NCBI GenBank assembly: GCA_015057445.1
Contig: SVEI01000004.1
Coordinates: forward strand, 6,571 to 70,570
Length of the DNA: 64,000 bases
Direction of reading: 5' to 3'
From: Lachnospiraceae bacterium
Lineage (GTDB): Bacteria; Bacillota; Clostridia; Lachnospirales; Lachnospiraceae
Shown: positions 47,064 to 57,884 of the stretch, piece after piece
Numbering within the stretch: the stretch's first letter is position 1
Layout: the number at the start of each line of letters is the position of its first letter
The notes under the pieces: generated by a model
Told to the model about the DNA's origin: nothing
Database searches by the model: none
The model's input: the letters and a program-made list of their open reading frames with translations, nothing else
Translations under genes and position numbers: made by a program

Positions 47064-48287
47064 ATGAAACTTTACGACGAACTTGTAGCTAGAGGATTGA
47101 TTGCCCAGGTTACAAATGAAGAGGAAATTAGTAACTTAATTAACGAGGGAAAGGCAACATTTTATATTGGCTTTGACCCTACAGCAGACAGCTTACATGT
47201 AGGTCATTTCATGGCACTTTGTCTTATGAAGAGACTTCAGATGGGTGGAAATAAGCCTATAGCCCTTATTGGCGGTGGTACTGCTATGATCGGTGACCCA
47301 TCAGGTAGAACTGATATGAGACAGATGATGACAGAGGAAACAATCCAGCACAATGTTGAGTGCTTTAAGAAGCAGATGAGCCGTTTCATCGACTTCTCAG
47401 AAGACAAGGCTATGCTTGTTAACAATGCAGACTGGCTTCTTGATCTTAACTATGTAGACGTTCTTAGAGAGGTTGGTGCACATTTCTCCGTTAATAGAAT
47501 GCTTACAGCAGAGTGCTATAAGCAAAGAATGGAGAAGGGACTTAGTTTCCTAGAGTTTAACTATATGATTATGCAGAGCTATGACTTCTATGCATTATTC
47601 CAGAAGTATGGCTGTAATCTTCAGTTTGGTGGAGATGACCAGTGGTCTAATATGCTTGGTGGTACTGAGCTCATAAGACGTAAGCTTGGCAAGGATGCTC
47701 ATGCTATGACTATTACACTTCTTCTTAACTCAGAAGGAAAGAAGATGGGTAAGACTCAGAAGGGTGCTGTATGGCTTGATCCTAATAAGACTACACCATT
47801 TGAGTTCTTCCAGTACTGGAGAAATGTAGCTGATGCTGATGTTATAAAATGTCTTAAAATGCTTACTTTCCTTCCACTTGAGCAGATTCAGGAGATGGAG
47901 AAGTATGAGGGTAGCGAGTTAAATAAGGCTAAGGAGGTTCTTGCTTACGAACTTACCAGTCTTGTTCACGGAGAGGAAGAAGGTAAAAAGGCTTTGGAGG
48001 CAGCTCGTGCTCTTTTTACAAGTGGAAATGCAGCTAATATGCCAACAGCTGATATTACAGCAGCCGATTTAAATGATGGTACTATTGATATCATTTCACT
48101 TTTAGTTAAGTCAGGTCTTGTTGCTTCAAGAAATGAGGGTAGACGTGGTGTAGAACAGGGTGGAGTATCAGTGAATGATGAGAAGGTTACAGATGTTGCA
48201 ACTACTTATACAGCTGAAGACCTTGCTGGAGAGATTATCATTAAGCGTGGTAAGAAGAACTTCAGAAAGATTAACTTTATAGCATAG
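47064..48287 (+). CDS. tyrS: Tyrosine--tRNA ligase
   Basis: [25 protein letters not shown]4-like tail; Tyr T-box upstream. Confidence 0.98.
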   Translation: MKLYDELVARGLIAQVTNEEEISNLINEGKATFYIGFDPTADSLHVGHFMALCLMKRLQMGGNKPIALIGGGTAMIGDPSGRTDMRQMMTEETIQHNVECFKKQMSRFIDFSEDKAMLVNNADWLLDLNYVDVLREVGAHFSVNRMLTAECYKQRMEKGLSFLEFNYMIMQSYDFYALFQKYGCNLQFGGDDQWSNMLGGTELIRRKLGKDAHAMTITLLLNSEGKKMGKTQKGAVWLDPNKTTPFEFFQYWRNVADADVIKCLKMLTFLPLEQIQEMEKYEGSELNKAKEVLAYELTSLVHGEEEGKKALEAARALFTSGNAANMPTADITAADLNDGTIDIISLLVKSGLVASRNEGRRGVEQGGVSVNDEKVTDVATTYTAEDLAGEIIIKRGKKNFRKINFIA

Positions 48288-48307
48288 TTTAAGGTAAAAA
48301 ATGATAT

Positions 48308-48338
48308 GGCCGGTGCATAGTTTATGCACCGGCTTTTT
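48308..48338. terminator. Terminator between convergent genes
   Basis: GCCGGTGCATA-GTT-TATGCACCGGC-TTTT. Confidence 0.85.
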
Positions 48339-48385
48339 ATATAAGCAATTGTGTAAGACATGTTGTTATTTTCTTGGTAAAATAT

Positions 48386-49180
48386 CTAGTTTTTACTTTT
48401 GGATTGTCTTCCAGTATGGTCTATTTCGTAATCTACTGTAATTATTAATTGGTCTAATGGAATAAAACTGTAACCTTGGGCCTCAAGGTTTGAAAGCATT
48501 TTATCTAATGCTTTAGCAGTATACTTGGTACCATTATGTAACAAAATTATGGAACCATTTTTTAGATTTTCGTGATTGCAAACCGTGTCTACTATAGACT
48601 CTACCCCATAATCCTTCCAGTCAAGGGAGTCAACATCCCATTGTATTGTGTTATATCCCAACTCTTTGGCCTTTGCTACAACTATTTCGTTGTAATCTCC
48701 GTAGGGGGCTCTGAATAAGTTCATATCTATTCCTATTAATTCTTTGATATTATCGTGACAGCCCTGAATTTCGGCTAACATCTGTGCCTCTGATAATTGT
48801 GTCATATGTTTGTGATTTGCACCGTGATTACCTAATATATGTCCTTGGTCATGTATCTTTTTTACAGCATCTGGATTATTATCAGCCCAATTGCCTTCTA
48901 CGAAAAATGTAGCTACACAATTGTGAGATTCAAGAATTTTCAGTATTTCATCTAAATCATCGGTACTCCATGCAGAATCAAATGTTATGCTTACTACCTT
49001 TTCAGTTGTTTCCACTGAGTAAATAGGCAGTTCATTTACGGATACACCCACAAATGCTAAGACTGCAGTTTTATTTTCTAATATAAGAATACTTACTGCC
49101 AATGTGAAAGTTATGGCAATAAGGTATTTAAAGTATTTTGTATGTTTTGTTATATGGTTAGATAAGTCATCGATATTCAT
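48386..49180 (-). CDS. Polysaccharide deacetylase (PdaB-like, NodB homology)
   Basis: SITFDSAW, GNHGANHKHM, FRAPYG, WDVDSLDWK, IILLHN. Confidence 0.92.
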   Translation of the reverse strand: MNIDDLSNHITKHTKYFKYLIAITFTLAVSILILENKTAVLAFVGVSVNELPIYSVETTEKVVSITFDSAWSTDDLDEILKILESHNCVATFFVEGNWADNNPDAVKKIHDQGHILGNHGANHKHMTQLSEAQMLAEIQGCHDNIKELIGIDMNLFRAPYGDYNEIVVAKAKELGYNTIQWDVDSLDWKDYGVESIVDTVCNHENLKNGSIILLHNGTKYTAKALDKMLSNLEAQGYSFIPLDQLIITVDYEIDHTGRQSKSKN

Positions 49181-49339
49181 ATGGAGCCTCTTAAATATTA
49201 GTTTAATAAAGTATATTAGAATTATTGTAAAATAATGTTAAATAATTGGCTGAAAAACCATAAAAGTGCTAGTTGTATTCGTATAATTAATATAAGTAAA
49301 TGAGATTTTAACCTTTGGAATATAGTGGAGGTAGTGGAT

Positions 49340-50644
49340 ATGAAAAGAAGAATAAAAAACAGAGTATTATCAACTGTACTTGCGTTTTCTATGGGACTAT
49401 GTCTTGCTGGATGTGGTAAAGAGGTTGGTTCTAATGGAAGTGAGGTAGCAAAACTAGATAACCTTACTCAAAATGTTGAGGTTGTGGAGGTTGAGACAAA
49501 GGATTTAGATGAAAGATTTATAGAGGAAACAGCATATTTTAGTGTGGATTTGTTTAAGGAAAGCACTATATCAGACATAGAGTTAGGGAAGAATGTTCTT
49601 ATTTCTCCACAGTCTATCATAACCGCAATGTCTATGACCACAAATGGTGCAAAAGGAAATACTCTGTCACAACTCCAAGATACCATGTATGGTGGTATGG
49701 AGATTACAGAATATAACAAGTATATGCAAGATTATTCGGGTAGACTCACCCAGGATAAGTACGTTGATTTTTATTTGGCCAATTCCATTTGGATAAAGGA
49801 AGATCCGAGCCTTCATGTAGAAGATAGCTTTCTTGGTGTTTGCAAATCCTACTATGATGCAGGGGTTTACACAGAACCTTTTAACGATGAAACTACCAAC
49901 AAATTGAATGGGTGGGTAAAAGATAACACTAGTGGAATGATTGATAGTATTGTAGATACAATTCCACAGGATGCGGTTATGTATCTTATTAATGCTACTG
50001 CATTTAGCGGTGAGTGGCAGAACCAATATGAAGAGAATCAGATAAACGAAGATGGTGTATTTACAAGCTGGTCAGGCAATAAAGAGAACGTAACTATGCT
50101 TAATAGTGCAGAGGATTATTATCTACAAGATGATATGGCAAGGGGATTTATAAAATACTACAAAGGTGGTGGATATGCATTTATGGCTATGCTACCAAAT
50201 GATGGTGTTTCTATAGAAGAATATGTATCCAACCTCACTGGAGATAAGATAATTGATACCTACAATAATAGAGAATATCTTGGCGAAAATGTAATGGTAA
50301 CTATGCCAGAATTTTCTTATGAGTACGACAGAGAATTGTCAGAAGATTTTAAAAATCTAGGGGTAACAGATGCGTTCTCAGGTGATAAGGCAGATTTGAG
50401 TGGTATGGCACAGTCTGATGCAGGGAATTTGTATATTGGCAGAGTTTTACATAAGACATACATTGAGCTTGATAGAAATGGAACTAAGGCAGCAGCTGTA
50501 ACTGCTGTAGAGGTAATGTGTGAGACTGCAGCAGAACCTGTTAGAATGGAGAAGATAACACTTGATAAACCATTTTACTATGCAATTATTGATGGAAAAA
50601 CAGGACTTCCTGTATTTATGGGTGTGGTAAATTCGGTAAATTAA
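49340..50644 (+). CDS. Serpin-family lipoprotein
   Basis: Lipobox LAGC; NVLISPQSI, LINATAFSGEW, hinge GTKAAAVT, LDKPFYYAI..PVFMG. Confidence 0.93.
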   Translation: MKRRIKNRVLSTVLAFSMGLCLAGCGKEVGSNGSEVAKLDNLTQNVEVVEVETKDLDERFIEETAYFSVDLFKESTISDIELGKNVLISPQSIITAMSMTTNGAKGNTLSQLQDTMYGGMEITEYNKYMQDYSGRLTQDKYVDFYLANSIWIKEDPSLHVEDSFLGVCKSYYDAGVYTEPFNDETTNKLNGWVKDNTSGMIDSIVDTIPQDAVMYLINATAFSGEWQNQYEENQINEDGVFTSWSGNKENVTMLNSAEDYYLQDDMARGFIKYYKGGGYAFMAMLPNDGVSIEEYVSNLTGDKIIDTYNNREYLGENVMVTMPEFSYEYDRELSEDFKNLGVTDAFSGDKADLSGMAQSDAGNLYIGRVLHKTYIELDRNGTKAAAVTAVEVMCETAAEPVRMEKITLDKPFYYAIIDGKTGLPVFMGVVNSVN

Positions 50645-50667
50645 TTAAATACCTATAATACATTTTG

Positions 50668-50711
50668 ATGCTTCTTTTTTTGACCATATGATAGGTTGAA
50701 AAAAGAAGCAT
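50668..50711. terminator. Hairpin after serpin gene
   Basis: ATGCTTCTTTTT..AAAAAGAAGCAT. Confidence 0.55.
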
Positions 50712-50804
50712 TTCTTTGCTTCAATTGTTGATTTTAACCTATTAAAAAGCTATACTATATATGTAAAAGTTTGTGCAAAAAGCTCTAAGTAATTAAAGAG
50801 GAAT

Positions 50805-52202
50805 ATGCTTATGAAGAAGATAATTAATACATTTAAATATGGAGATAAAAAAGTAAAAAAATCTTTGGCTTTAGCTATTTTTGCTGGTGTTATAACCTTA
50901 GGGTTTGGAGTGGCTGCGCTTTTGATGTCTAATATGCTTTGTTTTTTTGTGGCAATAGTAGCAGCATTCATCACAATTACTCTAGTGCAGACATTTATGA
51001 TTGCAGAAGGTGAAAATCCAACAGTGGTAGCGCCATTAGGTGATATTGGAACAGAAGAATCTGCTCCAATGGAAATAGACTCTGCTAAAACAAAGAAAAG
51101 GAAGACAAAAACAGAGAAAACAAAGACTGATAATATAAAGAATGAGAAAACAAAGACGAAATATAAACATAAGGTTGATAATACTGGTTTAGATATTACA
51201 GAAAAGCGAGAGCATAATGATGAAGAATTGACAGAAGAAAAATCAATAGTGAATAAGGAACCGGAATTAAAGAAGGAAAAAAATAAAAAAGATAAAACAA
51301 AAAAGAAAAAAACCGAGGTTAAGGAAAAGAAAATAATCGAAGCAGATATAGAGTCATCAGATGAAAGCACTCAAGGTAGTCAAGATGAAGTTGATACGGA
51401 ACAGTTGCTTGGTAAGTCTATGGAACAACAGAAGGATATCTATAATGAAGATGACGAATATGATGAAGAGAAAACCAAAAGAAAATTCAAGGTAATCACT
51501 GCAGAGACTGCAGCTTCATATACGAAGAAGAAGATAAAGAAAACTCTTCATAAGTATAAGGTAGTGAAGGATCACAGAATGGTTATAGTGGATAGATGCG
51601 ATAGGTTGCACATTTTCCAGACACCAGCCTATGTATGGATTCAAGATAATCAATTCCATATTCTTCTCATAGAAGAGGAACCAAGACTACTTATGGTACC
51701 ACTGTTTAGGATAACAGAGATTAATTATTTAAAAAAACAGCCGGCAGATGAGAAGAATGATTACAAGCTGTTTGAGAAGAGCACAATCCTTACAGAAAGC
51801 TTTAGACCATATCTTCCTGATTACAATCATAGCAACAAAACAAATGACCTTACATCCTACAAGAATTTATATGGGATTAATCAAGGTATTTATTTTACTA
51901 ACAATTCTGCTAAAAACTTATTTGATTTATTAGGCGTAGAATTTTTAGTAGAGGACAAGGTTACCACATCCAATAAAGTAAATATATACTTTAAGGATGC
52001 ATATAAGGCCAGTATTAAGCTTAGAGATAATGTACTTGATGCAAATGGCTATGCTGATAGCATAACAAAAATCCTTGATGATATGGCACATTCAAGCGTA
52101 AGTTATAATGAATTTAAAGATACTCTTAATTTGATGATTAAGAACAAGCTTATTACAGATGAATATGCAAATCATTATATGGATGTTCGAAATAGTTTGT
52201 AG
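50805..52202 (+). CDS. Hypothetical membrane protein (2 TM, Lys/Glu-rich linker, globular C-terminus)
   Basis: 465-aa ORF with GAGG RBS; no recognised motif. Confidence 0.75.
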   Translation: MLMKKIINTFKYGDKKVKKSLALAIFAGVITLGFGVAALLMSNMLCFFVAIVAAFITITLVQTFMIAEGENPTVVAPLGDIGTEESAPMEIDSAKTKKRKTKTEKTKTDNIKNEKTKTKYKHKVDNTGLDITEKREHNDEELTEEKSIVNKEPELKKEKNKKDKTKKKKTEVKEKKIIEADIESSDESTQGSQDEVDTEQLLGKSMEQQKDIYNEDDEYDEEKTKRKFKVITAETAASYTKKKIKKTLHKYKVVKDHRMVIVDRCDRLHIFQTPAYVWIQDNQFHILLIEEEPRLLMVPLFRITEINYLKKQPADEKNDYKLFEKSTILTESFRPYLPDYNHSNKTNDLTSYKNLYGINQGIYFTNNSAKNLFDLLGVEFLVEDKVTTSNKVNIYFKDAYKASIKLRDNVLDANGYADSITKILDDMAHSSVSYNEFKDTLNLMIKNKLITDEYANHYMDVRNSL

Positions 52203-52263
52203 CGGATAATATTTTACAATAAAACACATAATAAAAATAATTTAACAATGATGGAGGTATAAC

Positions 52264-53286
52264 ATGAGAATAGCATTTTATGATACAAAGCCATATGATA
52301 AGATTTGGTTTGAGCCAATGGCAAAGGAAAAAGGATTTGATATTTTATTTTTAGAGGAAAAATTAAATAAGCATACAGCAGCATTTGCAAAAGATTGTGA
52401 TGCAGTTTGTATATTTGTAAATGACGATGCTAAGAAGGATACAATTAAAAAGTTAAAGGAAAATGGTGTGAAGGCGATTCTTCTTCGTTGTGCTGGCTTT
52501 AATAACGTTGATGTTAAGCAGGCTCAGGAGGAAGGGATTGTGTGTATGAGAGTGCCAAGTTACTCTCCCCGAGCAGTTGCTGAGTACGCCTTGGGTCTCC
52601 TTCTTGCGGTAAACAGAAAGCTTCATAGAGCGTATGTAAGAACTAGGGATTTTAATTATAGTATCAATGGTCTTATGGGTATGGACCTTGTTGGTAAAAC
52701 AATAGGAATTATTGGTACAGGAAAGATAGGACAGGCTATGCTTTCTGTTATTAGAGGACTTGATATGAGAGTTCTTCTATATGATCCATATCCTTGTAAG
52801 GCGATAGTAGATAAGACTCCAGAGGCGATAGAACAATTTGGCAAGAATCTAGAGTATGTTGATTTGGATACTTTGTTTAAGGAGTCAGATGTAATTAGTT
52901 TACATTGTCCACTAACTAAGGATACAGAATATATGATTAATAAAAAGAGTATAGATAAGATGAAGGATGGAGTGATATTGGTTAATACCTCTAGAGGTGG
53001 TCTTATCAATACAACTGATCTTTTAGATGCACTTGCAAAGGATAAGTTTGCAGGGGTTGGTCTAGATGTTTATGAGGAAGAAGATGAATTCTTCTTTGAG
53101 GACAGATCTGATGAGAATATTTCAGATGCAGATCTTATAAGACTTACATCATATAGAAATGTAATCCTAACTTCACATCAGGCATTCTTTACAAAGGAAG
53201 CTATGATGTCAATTGCAGAAGAAACATTGGAGAATGCTGAGAATATTGGTAAGGATGTATCATCGCCTAACGTGGTACTTCCATAG
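52264..53286 (+). CDS. ldhA: D-lactate / D-2-hydroxyacid dehydrogenase
   Basis: LRCAGFNNVD, RVPSYSP.AVAE, GTGKIG, NTSRG, DVYEEE, TSHQAFFT. Confidence 0.9.
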   Translation: MRIAFYDTKPYDKIWFEPMAKEKGFDILFLEEKLNKHTAAFAKDCDAVCIFVNDDAKKDTIKKLKENGVKAILLRCAGFNNVDVKQAQEEGIVCMRVPSYSPRAVAEYALGLLLAVNRKLHRAYVRTRDFNYSINGLMGMDLVGKTIGIIGTGKIGQAMLSVIRGLDMRVLLYDPYPCKAIVDKTPEAIEQFGKNLEYVDLDTLFKESDVISLHCPLTKDTEYMINKKSIDKMKDGVILVNTSRGGLINTTDLLDALAKDKFAGVGLDVYEEEDEFFFEDRSDENISDADLIRLTSYRNVILTSHQAFFTKEAMMSIAEETLENAENIGKDVSSPNVVLP

Positions 53287-53327
53287 CATTTTATTTTAAT
53301 ACTAGTTAGACTTTTGGAGGAAATAAA

Positions 53328-55346
53328 TTGAAGAACCTATATATAGCGGAGAAACCAAGTGTGGCGAGAGAATTTGCCAAAGCTCTTGGTATAAGTGGCT
53401 CCGCAAATGCAGGCAGTAAGGATGGGTTTATAGAATCAGGAGATTCTATAATAACATGGTGTGTAGGACATCTGGTTGTTATGAGTTACCCGGAGGTCTA
53501 TGATCCTAACCTTAAGAAGTGGGCTATGGCAACCATTCCTTTTGTGCCACAAGATTACAAGTATGAGATTATCCCAAGTGCTTCTAAGCAGTATAATGTT
53601 GTAAAGAAGCTTCTAAATCGTGCTGATGTTGGTTGCATATATGTGTGTACCGACTCAGGACGAGAGGGAGAGTACATATATCGTTTGGTAGATATGATGG
53701 CTGGTGTTGGACCAGACAAGGCCAAGAAGAGAGTATGGATAGACTCTCAGACAGAAGAAGAAATACTTAGAGGTATTCGAGAAGCAAAGGACTTATCAGA
53801 GTATGATAATCTTAGTGATTCTGCCTATCTTAGAGCTCAAGAGGATTATCTTATGGGTATAAATTTCTCAAGAGCATTATCATTAAAATACAGCTATACA
53901 GTAAGACAATATCTAGGACTTGACCGATGTGTAATTGCAGTGGGACGTGTTATGACATGTGTTCTGGGGATGATTGTTAAGAGAGAACGTGAGATACGAG
54001 AATTTGTTCCAACTCCCTTTTACAGAGTGATGGCGTCCCTAGACGGGTTCGAAGCAGAGTGGAAGGCGGTAGATGGATCTCTTTACTATGAATCACCACT
54101 TTTGTATAAGGAGAATGGTTTTAAGAAAAAGGAAAACGCTCAGGAACTGATTGACTTGTTAAATGAGAATCAACCAGTAGAACTTACTGTTACAAAGGTG
54201 GAGAAAAAGGTTGAGAAGAAAGCCCCACCAATGCTTTATAACTTGGCAGAACTTCAGAATGATTGTTCAAGATTATTTAAGATAAGCCCATCAGAAACTC
54301 TTGCCATAGTGCAGGAATTGTATGAAAAGAAGTTGGTAACCTATCCTAGAACAGATGCCAGAGTGCTATCAACAGCAGTGGCAAAGGAGATAGGCAAAAA
54401 TATATCAGGACTAAAGAATTATGCTCCAGTGGCACCATTTGCTGAAAATATTATGAATCAAGGTGCTTATAAGGGAGTGGCAAAGTCAAAATATGTTAAC
54501 GACAAGCAGATAACAGACCACTATGCTATAATTCCTACAGGACAGGGCTTTGGGGCACTTAATTCTGTATCTGATACAGCCAAGAAGGTCTATGATATTA
54601 TAGCCAAGAGATTTATCAGTATCTTCTACCCGGCAGCTGAATATGAGAAAGTATCCCTTACTCTCACTAGAGACATAAGCAAGGAGGGAGAAACTAAAAC
54701 TGAGAGCTTTTTTGCTAATTTCAAAAGACTTAAGAAACCAGGTTACTTAAGTATAGTTGGAATTCCTTCCGAGAAAAAGGGAGAGGAAGAAAAGCTGACA
54801 CCAGAAAGGTTAGAGGAACTTAGTGGTCTTAAGAAGGGGCAAAAGCTTCCTGTTAGTAAATTTGAGATAAAAGAAGGCGAGACTACACCACCTAAGAGGT
54901 ATTCTTCAGGTACTCTGATTCTTGCTATGGAAAATGCAGGACAGCTAATAGAGGATGAAGAGCTTAGAAGTCAGATAAAGGGCAGTGGTATAGGAACCAG
55001 TGCGACTAGAGATAGTATAATTACCAAGTTGGTAACTAACAAATATATTGCTCTTAATAAAAAGACACAAATTGTTACACCTACATTTTTAGGAGAGATA
55101 ATATATGATGTGGTATATTATTCTATAAATAGCCTTCTTAGAGCTGAGATGACAGCTAGCTGGGAAAAGGGACTTACCGGAGTAGCAGATGGTAGCATAA
55201 GCAAGGAAGAATATACTGATAAAATGACTACATTTGTTATCAATAACACAAATTTGGTTAAAGGACTTAATAATCAGAATCAGATAACATATATATTTGA
55301 TAAGACAAAACCGTATTATCAGAAGGGAGCGGCCAAAAAGGCCTAG
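53328..55346 (+). CDS. topB: DNA topoisomerase III (type IA)
   Basis: IAEKPS, TDSGREGE, VGRV, TYPRTD, DHYAIIPT, GIGTSATR; TTG start with GGAGG. Confidence 0.9.
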   Translation: MKNLYIAEKPSVAREFAKALGISGSANAGSKDGFIESGDSIITWCVGHLVVMSYPEVYDPNLKKWAMATIPFVPQDYKYEIIPSASKQYNVVKKLLNRADVGCIYVCTDSGREGEYIYRLVDMMAGVGPDKAKKRVWIDSQTEEEILRGIREAKDLSEYDNLSDSAYLRAQEDYLMGINFSRALSLKYSYTVRQYLGLDRCVIAVGRVMTCVLGMIVKREREIREFVPTPFYRVMASLDGFEAEWKAVDGSLYYESPLLYKENGFKKKENAQELIDLLNENQPVELTVTKVEKKVEKKAPPMLYNLAELQNDCSRLFKISPSETLAIVQELYEKKLVTYPRTDARVLSTAVAKEIGKNISGLKNYAPVAPFAENIMNQGAYKGVAKSKYVNDKQITDHYAIIPTGQGFGALNSVSDTAKKVYDIIAKRFISIFYPAAEYEKVSLTLTRDISKEGETKTESFFANFKRLKKPGYLSIVGIPSEKKGEEEKLTPERLEELSGLKKGQKLPVSKFEIKEGETTPPKRYSSGTLILAMENAGQLIEDEELRSQIKGSGIGTSATRDSIITKLVTNKYIALNKKTQIVTPTFLGEIIYDVVYYSINSLLRAEMTASWEKGLTGVADGSISKEEYTDKMTTFVINNTNLVKGLNNQNQITYIFDKTKPYYQKGAAKKA

Positions 55347-55353
55347 TGAAAAA

Positions 55354-56040
55354 ATGAGTGAGATTTTAGAGCAAATAAGGATTAAAAATATGTATAGCTT
55401 AGACCATACAGCAGCAAAACCATTGCTTGAAAAATATGAGTATCCATGGGAGGCTTTGGGAGATATATCTGACTATATTATAGAGCTTGGTAATACACTA
55501 AGTCCAGATGAATATAATCATCCAAGTGAAGATGTCTGGATACATAAAACAGCTAAGGTTTTTGATTCGGCTTACATAGGAGGTCCTTGTATAATTGGTG
55601 CTAGCACAGAGGTAAGACAGTGTGCCTTCATAAGAGGAAGTGCATTGGTTGGAGAAAACTGTGTTGTAGGTAATTCTACAGAGCTAAAGAATGTAATTAT
55701 CTTTGATAATGTGCAAGTGCCACATTATAATTATGTGGGAGACTCCATCCTTGGATTTAAGTCCCATATGGGAGCAGGATCAATAACATCAAATGTTAAG
55801 AGTGATAAAACGCTGGTTCACGTTAAGTCTCAAGATAAAATCATAGACATTGATACCAAACGTAAAAAATTTGGAGCAATGCTTGGTGATTATGTAGAGG
55901 TTGGATGTAACTCTGTGTTAAATCCAGGAACTGTGATTGGCAAGAATTCTAATATATATCCTCTTTCACCTGTTAGAGGAATTGTACCGGAAGGAAGCAT
56001 ATATAAGACTGGTGGAGTTATAGTTAATAAGGAACAGTAG
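55354..56040 (+). CDS. Left-handed beta-helix acyltransferase (GlmU C-terminal-like)
   Basis: Hexapeptide repeats, PHYNYVGDSILG, HMGAGSITSN, KFGAMLGD. Confidence 0.85.
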   Translation: MSEILEQIRIKNMYSLDHTAAKPLLEKYEYPWEALGDISDYIIELGNTLSPDEYNHPSEDVWIHKTAKVFDSAYIGGPCIIGASTEVRQCAFIRGSALVGENCVVGNSTELKNVIIFDNVQVPHYNYVGDSILGFKSHMGAGSITSNVKSDKTLVHVKSQDKIIDIDTKRKKFGAMLGDYVEVGCNSVLNPGTVIGKNSNIYPLSPVRGIVPEGSIYKTGGVIVNKEQ

Positions 56041-56074
56041 TGGCTTTGATATTTACATTACAATAATTACACGT

Positions 56075-56103
56075 AAAGGATACCCTATAAGGTATCCTTT
56101 TTT
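56075..56103 (+). terminator. Intrinsic terminator
   Basis: AAAGGATACC-CTATAA-GGTATCCTTTTTT. Confidence 0.85.
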
Positions 56104-56111
56104 GTTATTTT

Positions 56112-56171
56112 TTGCATAAATTCCGTCAAAAAATGCAATGTTCGTAAAAAACACAGTATTTTAGATATAAT
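56112..56171 (+). promoter_or_regulatory. TGCA-type 21-bp box plus TATAAT
   Basis: TTGCA 56112, ATGCA 56133, TATAAT 56166. Confidence 0.7.
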
Positions 56172-56201
56172 ATACACATATTAAAGAGAGAAGGTGTAGT
56201 T

Positions 56202-57884
56202 ATGGTAATTAAAATTGTTGAACAAGGACAGATAAAAAATATTTCTCTTGAATCATTTGGCAAAGAGTTTGTTAGTTTTGGACGCAATCCAGAGTGCGAT
56301 ATAGTACTTAATTCAGGATTTGTTTCTGATGTACATGGGGTTTTTTACATAGAAGATGGTCAGTGGAAAATTCAGGATATGCAAAGTATGTTTGGCATAT
56401 ATAGCAACGGAAATACGATTAAGGATAAGGCTCTAAATGCTGGTGAAATACTAGAATTATATGTAAAAGATGATAAAAGCAATATGATACAGATGGTTGT
56501 TGAGAATGAATCAGCAAAGGTAGAGGTAAAGCAGAATACTAATCCAAAATCTGCATCAACAAACAAAAATATAAAAATAGCTATGGCTGTAATAGTTTTT
56601 CTTGTTATAGTAGTTGTCATACTTGGAATTGTATTGTTAAATAGTAAATCTGATAAGGGCAAGAATAATGATAAGAAAAGTGAGGTTGCTGAAAGAGAAG
56701 AAAGCACATCGGAAAATAAAAGAGAAGAGAATAAAACAGAGGAAAAGGATACTGAAGGAACTACTTCACAACCAACAACAGAGGAGGTTGTAGCTCCAGA
56801 GCTAAGCTATAGAGCGTACTTGCAGACAGATGGTTGGCATGATTGGTCTGATGGTGGAGAGCTTAGTGGAACAACAGGAGAAGCAAAACGTTTAGAAGCC
56901 ATAGAGATTTCTTTGTCAGATTCATCTTATAAGGGAGATATAATTTACACAGCATTTGTTCAGGGCTACGGATGGATAGATGATCTAGAAGATAAGTCCA
57001 CATGGAGTAAGAATGGTGAAACCTGTGGTACAACAGGGGAGGCAAAACGTATAGAAGCCATATGTATCAATTTAACAGAGCAGTTGTCTAAGGAATTTGA
57101 CATATATTACAGAGTACATGCCCAATCTTACGGATGGATGGCGTGGGCTAAGAACGGTGAACCTTGTGGAACAACAGGATACGCAAAACGAATCGAAAGT
57201 ATACAGGTGGTTGTAGTTAAGAAGGGAGAAGATGCTCCTGCAGCAAATATGGGCAATGTGGTATCTATAGCAGATTCATATGTGGAAGCTCCTGACAATT
57301 ACGAGGCAGAGATATATGAGCCACTTATAGAAGAGTTGAATAATATAGTTTGTTATGGTAACTTGGCGTATGTGGATGATGAAAATATAAGTGAAGATGA
57401 GAAATCTTTTAAAGCATATTTGTTTAGTACTGGCGTGGCAGGGCATTTTGGATATGGTTTATATGATGTGGATAATAACGGCATAAGAGAATTGATAGTA
57501 TGTTCGGGAGACTGTAATTGTGTGCTTGGAATGTATTCCATAAAAGATGGAAAACCAGTAGGTATTTGCTTTGGTTGGTTTAAACAATTTTATAGGCTAC
57601 TTAAGGATGGTACCATATGTAGTATGGCGAGTAACGGAGCAACAGGTTCTCAAGAAATTTATATACTACAGGATGATTGCTTTATAAGAAAAGCAGGATT
57701 TATATATGAAGATGAGGTTGTATATTATGTCAAGGATGGAGATAATAGAACTTATATGGAATTATATAATTCGAATTTTGCCGGATGTGAGATTGTTGAC
57801 TATAATTATATGTTTGATTATATGTCGGCATATGAGGATAAACCTGTATTAGAACTTGAATTTACTTCATTTATAATACCATAG
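56202..57884 (+). CDS. FHA-TM protein with ChW repeats and DxDxN-loop ectodomain
   Basis: ESFGKEFVSFGRNP..VSDVH; TM; three ChW repeats; YDVDNNGIRELIV. Confidence 0.88.
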   Translation: MVIKIVEQGQIKNISLESFGKEFVSFGRNPECDIVLNSGFVSDVHGVFYIEDGQWKIQDMQSMFGIYSNGNTIKDKALNAGEILELYVKDDKSNMIQMVVENESAKVEVKQNTNPKSASTNKNIKIAMAVIVFLVIVVVILGIVLLNSKSDKGKNNDKKSEVAEREESTSENKREENKTEEKDTEGTTSQPTTEEVVAPELSYRAYLQTDGWHDWSDGGELSGTTGEAKRLEAIEISLSDSSYKGDIIYTAFVQGYGWIDDLEDKSTWSKNGETCGTTGEAKRIEAICINLTEQLSKEFDIYYRVHAQSYGWMAWAKNGEPCGTTGYAKRIESIQVVVVKKGEDAPAANMGNVVSIADSYVEAPDNYEAEIYEPLIEELNNIVCYGNLAYVDDENISEDEKSFKAYLFSTGVAGHFGYGLYDVDNNGIRELIVCSGDCNCVLGMYSIKDGKPVGICFGWFKQFYRLLKDGTICSMASNGATGSQEIYILQDDCFIRKAGFIYEDEVVYYVKDGDNRTYMELYNSNFAGCEIVDYNYMFDYMSAYEDKPVLELEFTSFIIP

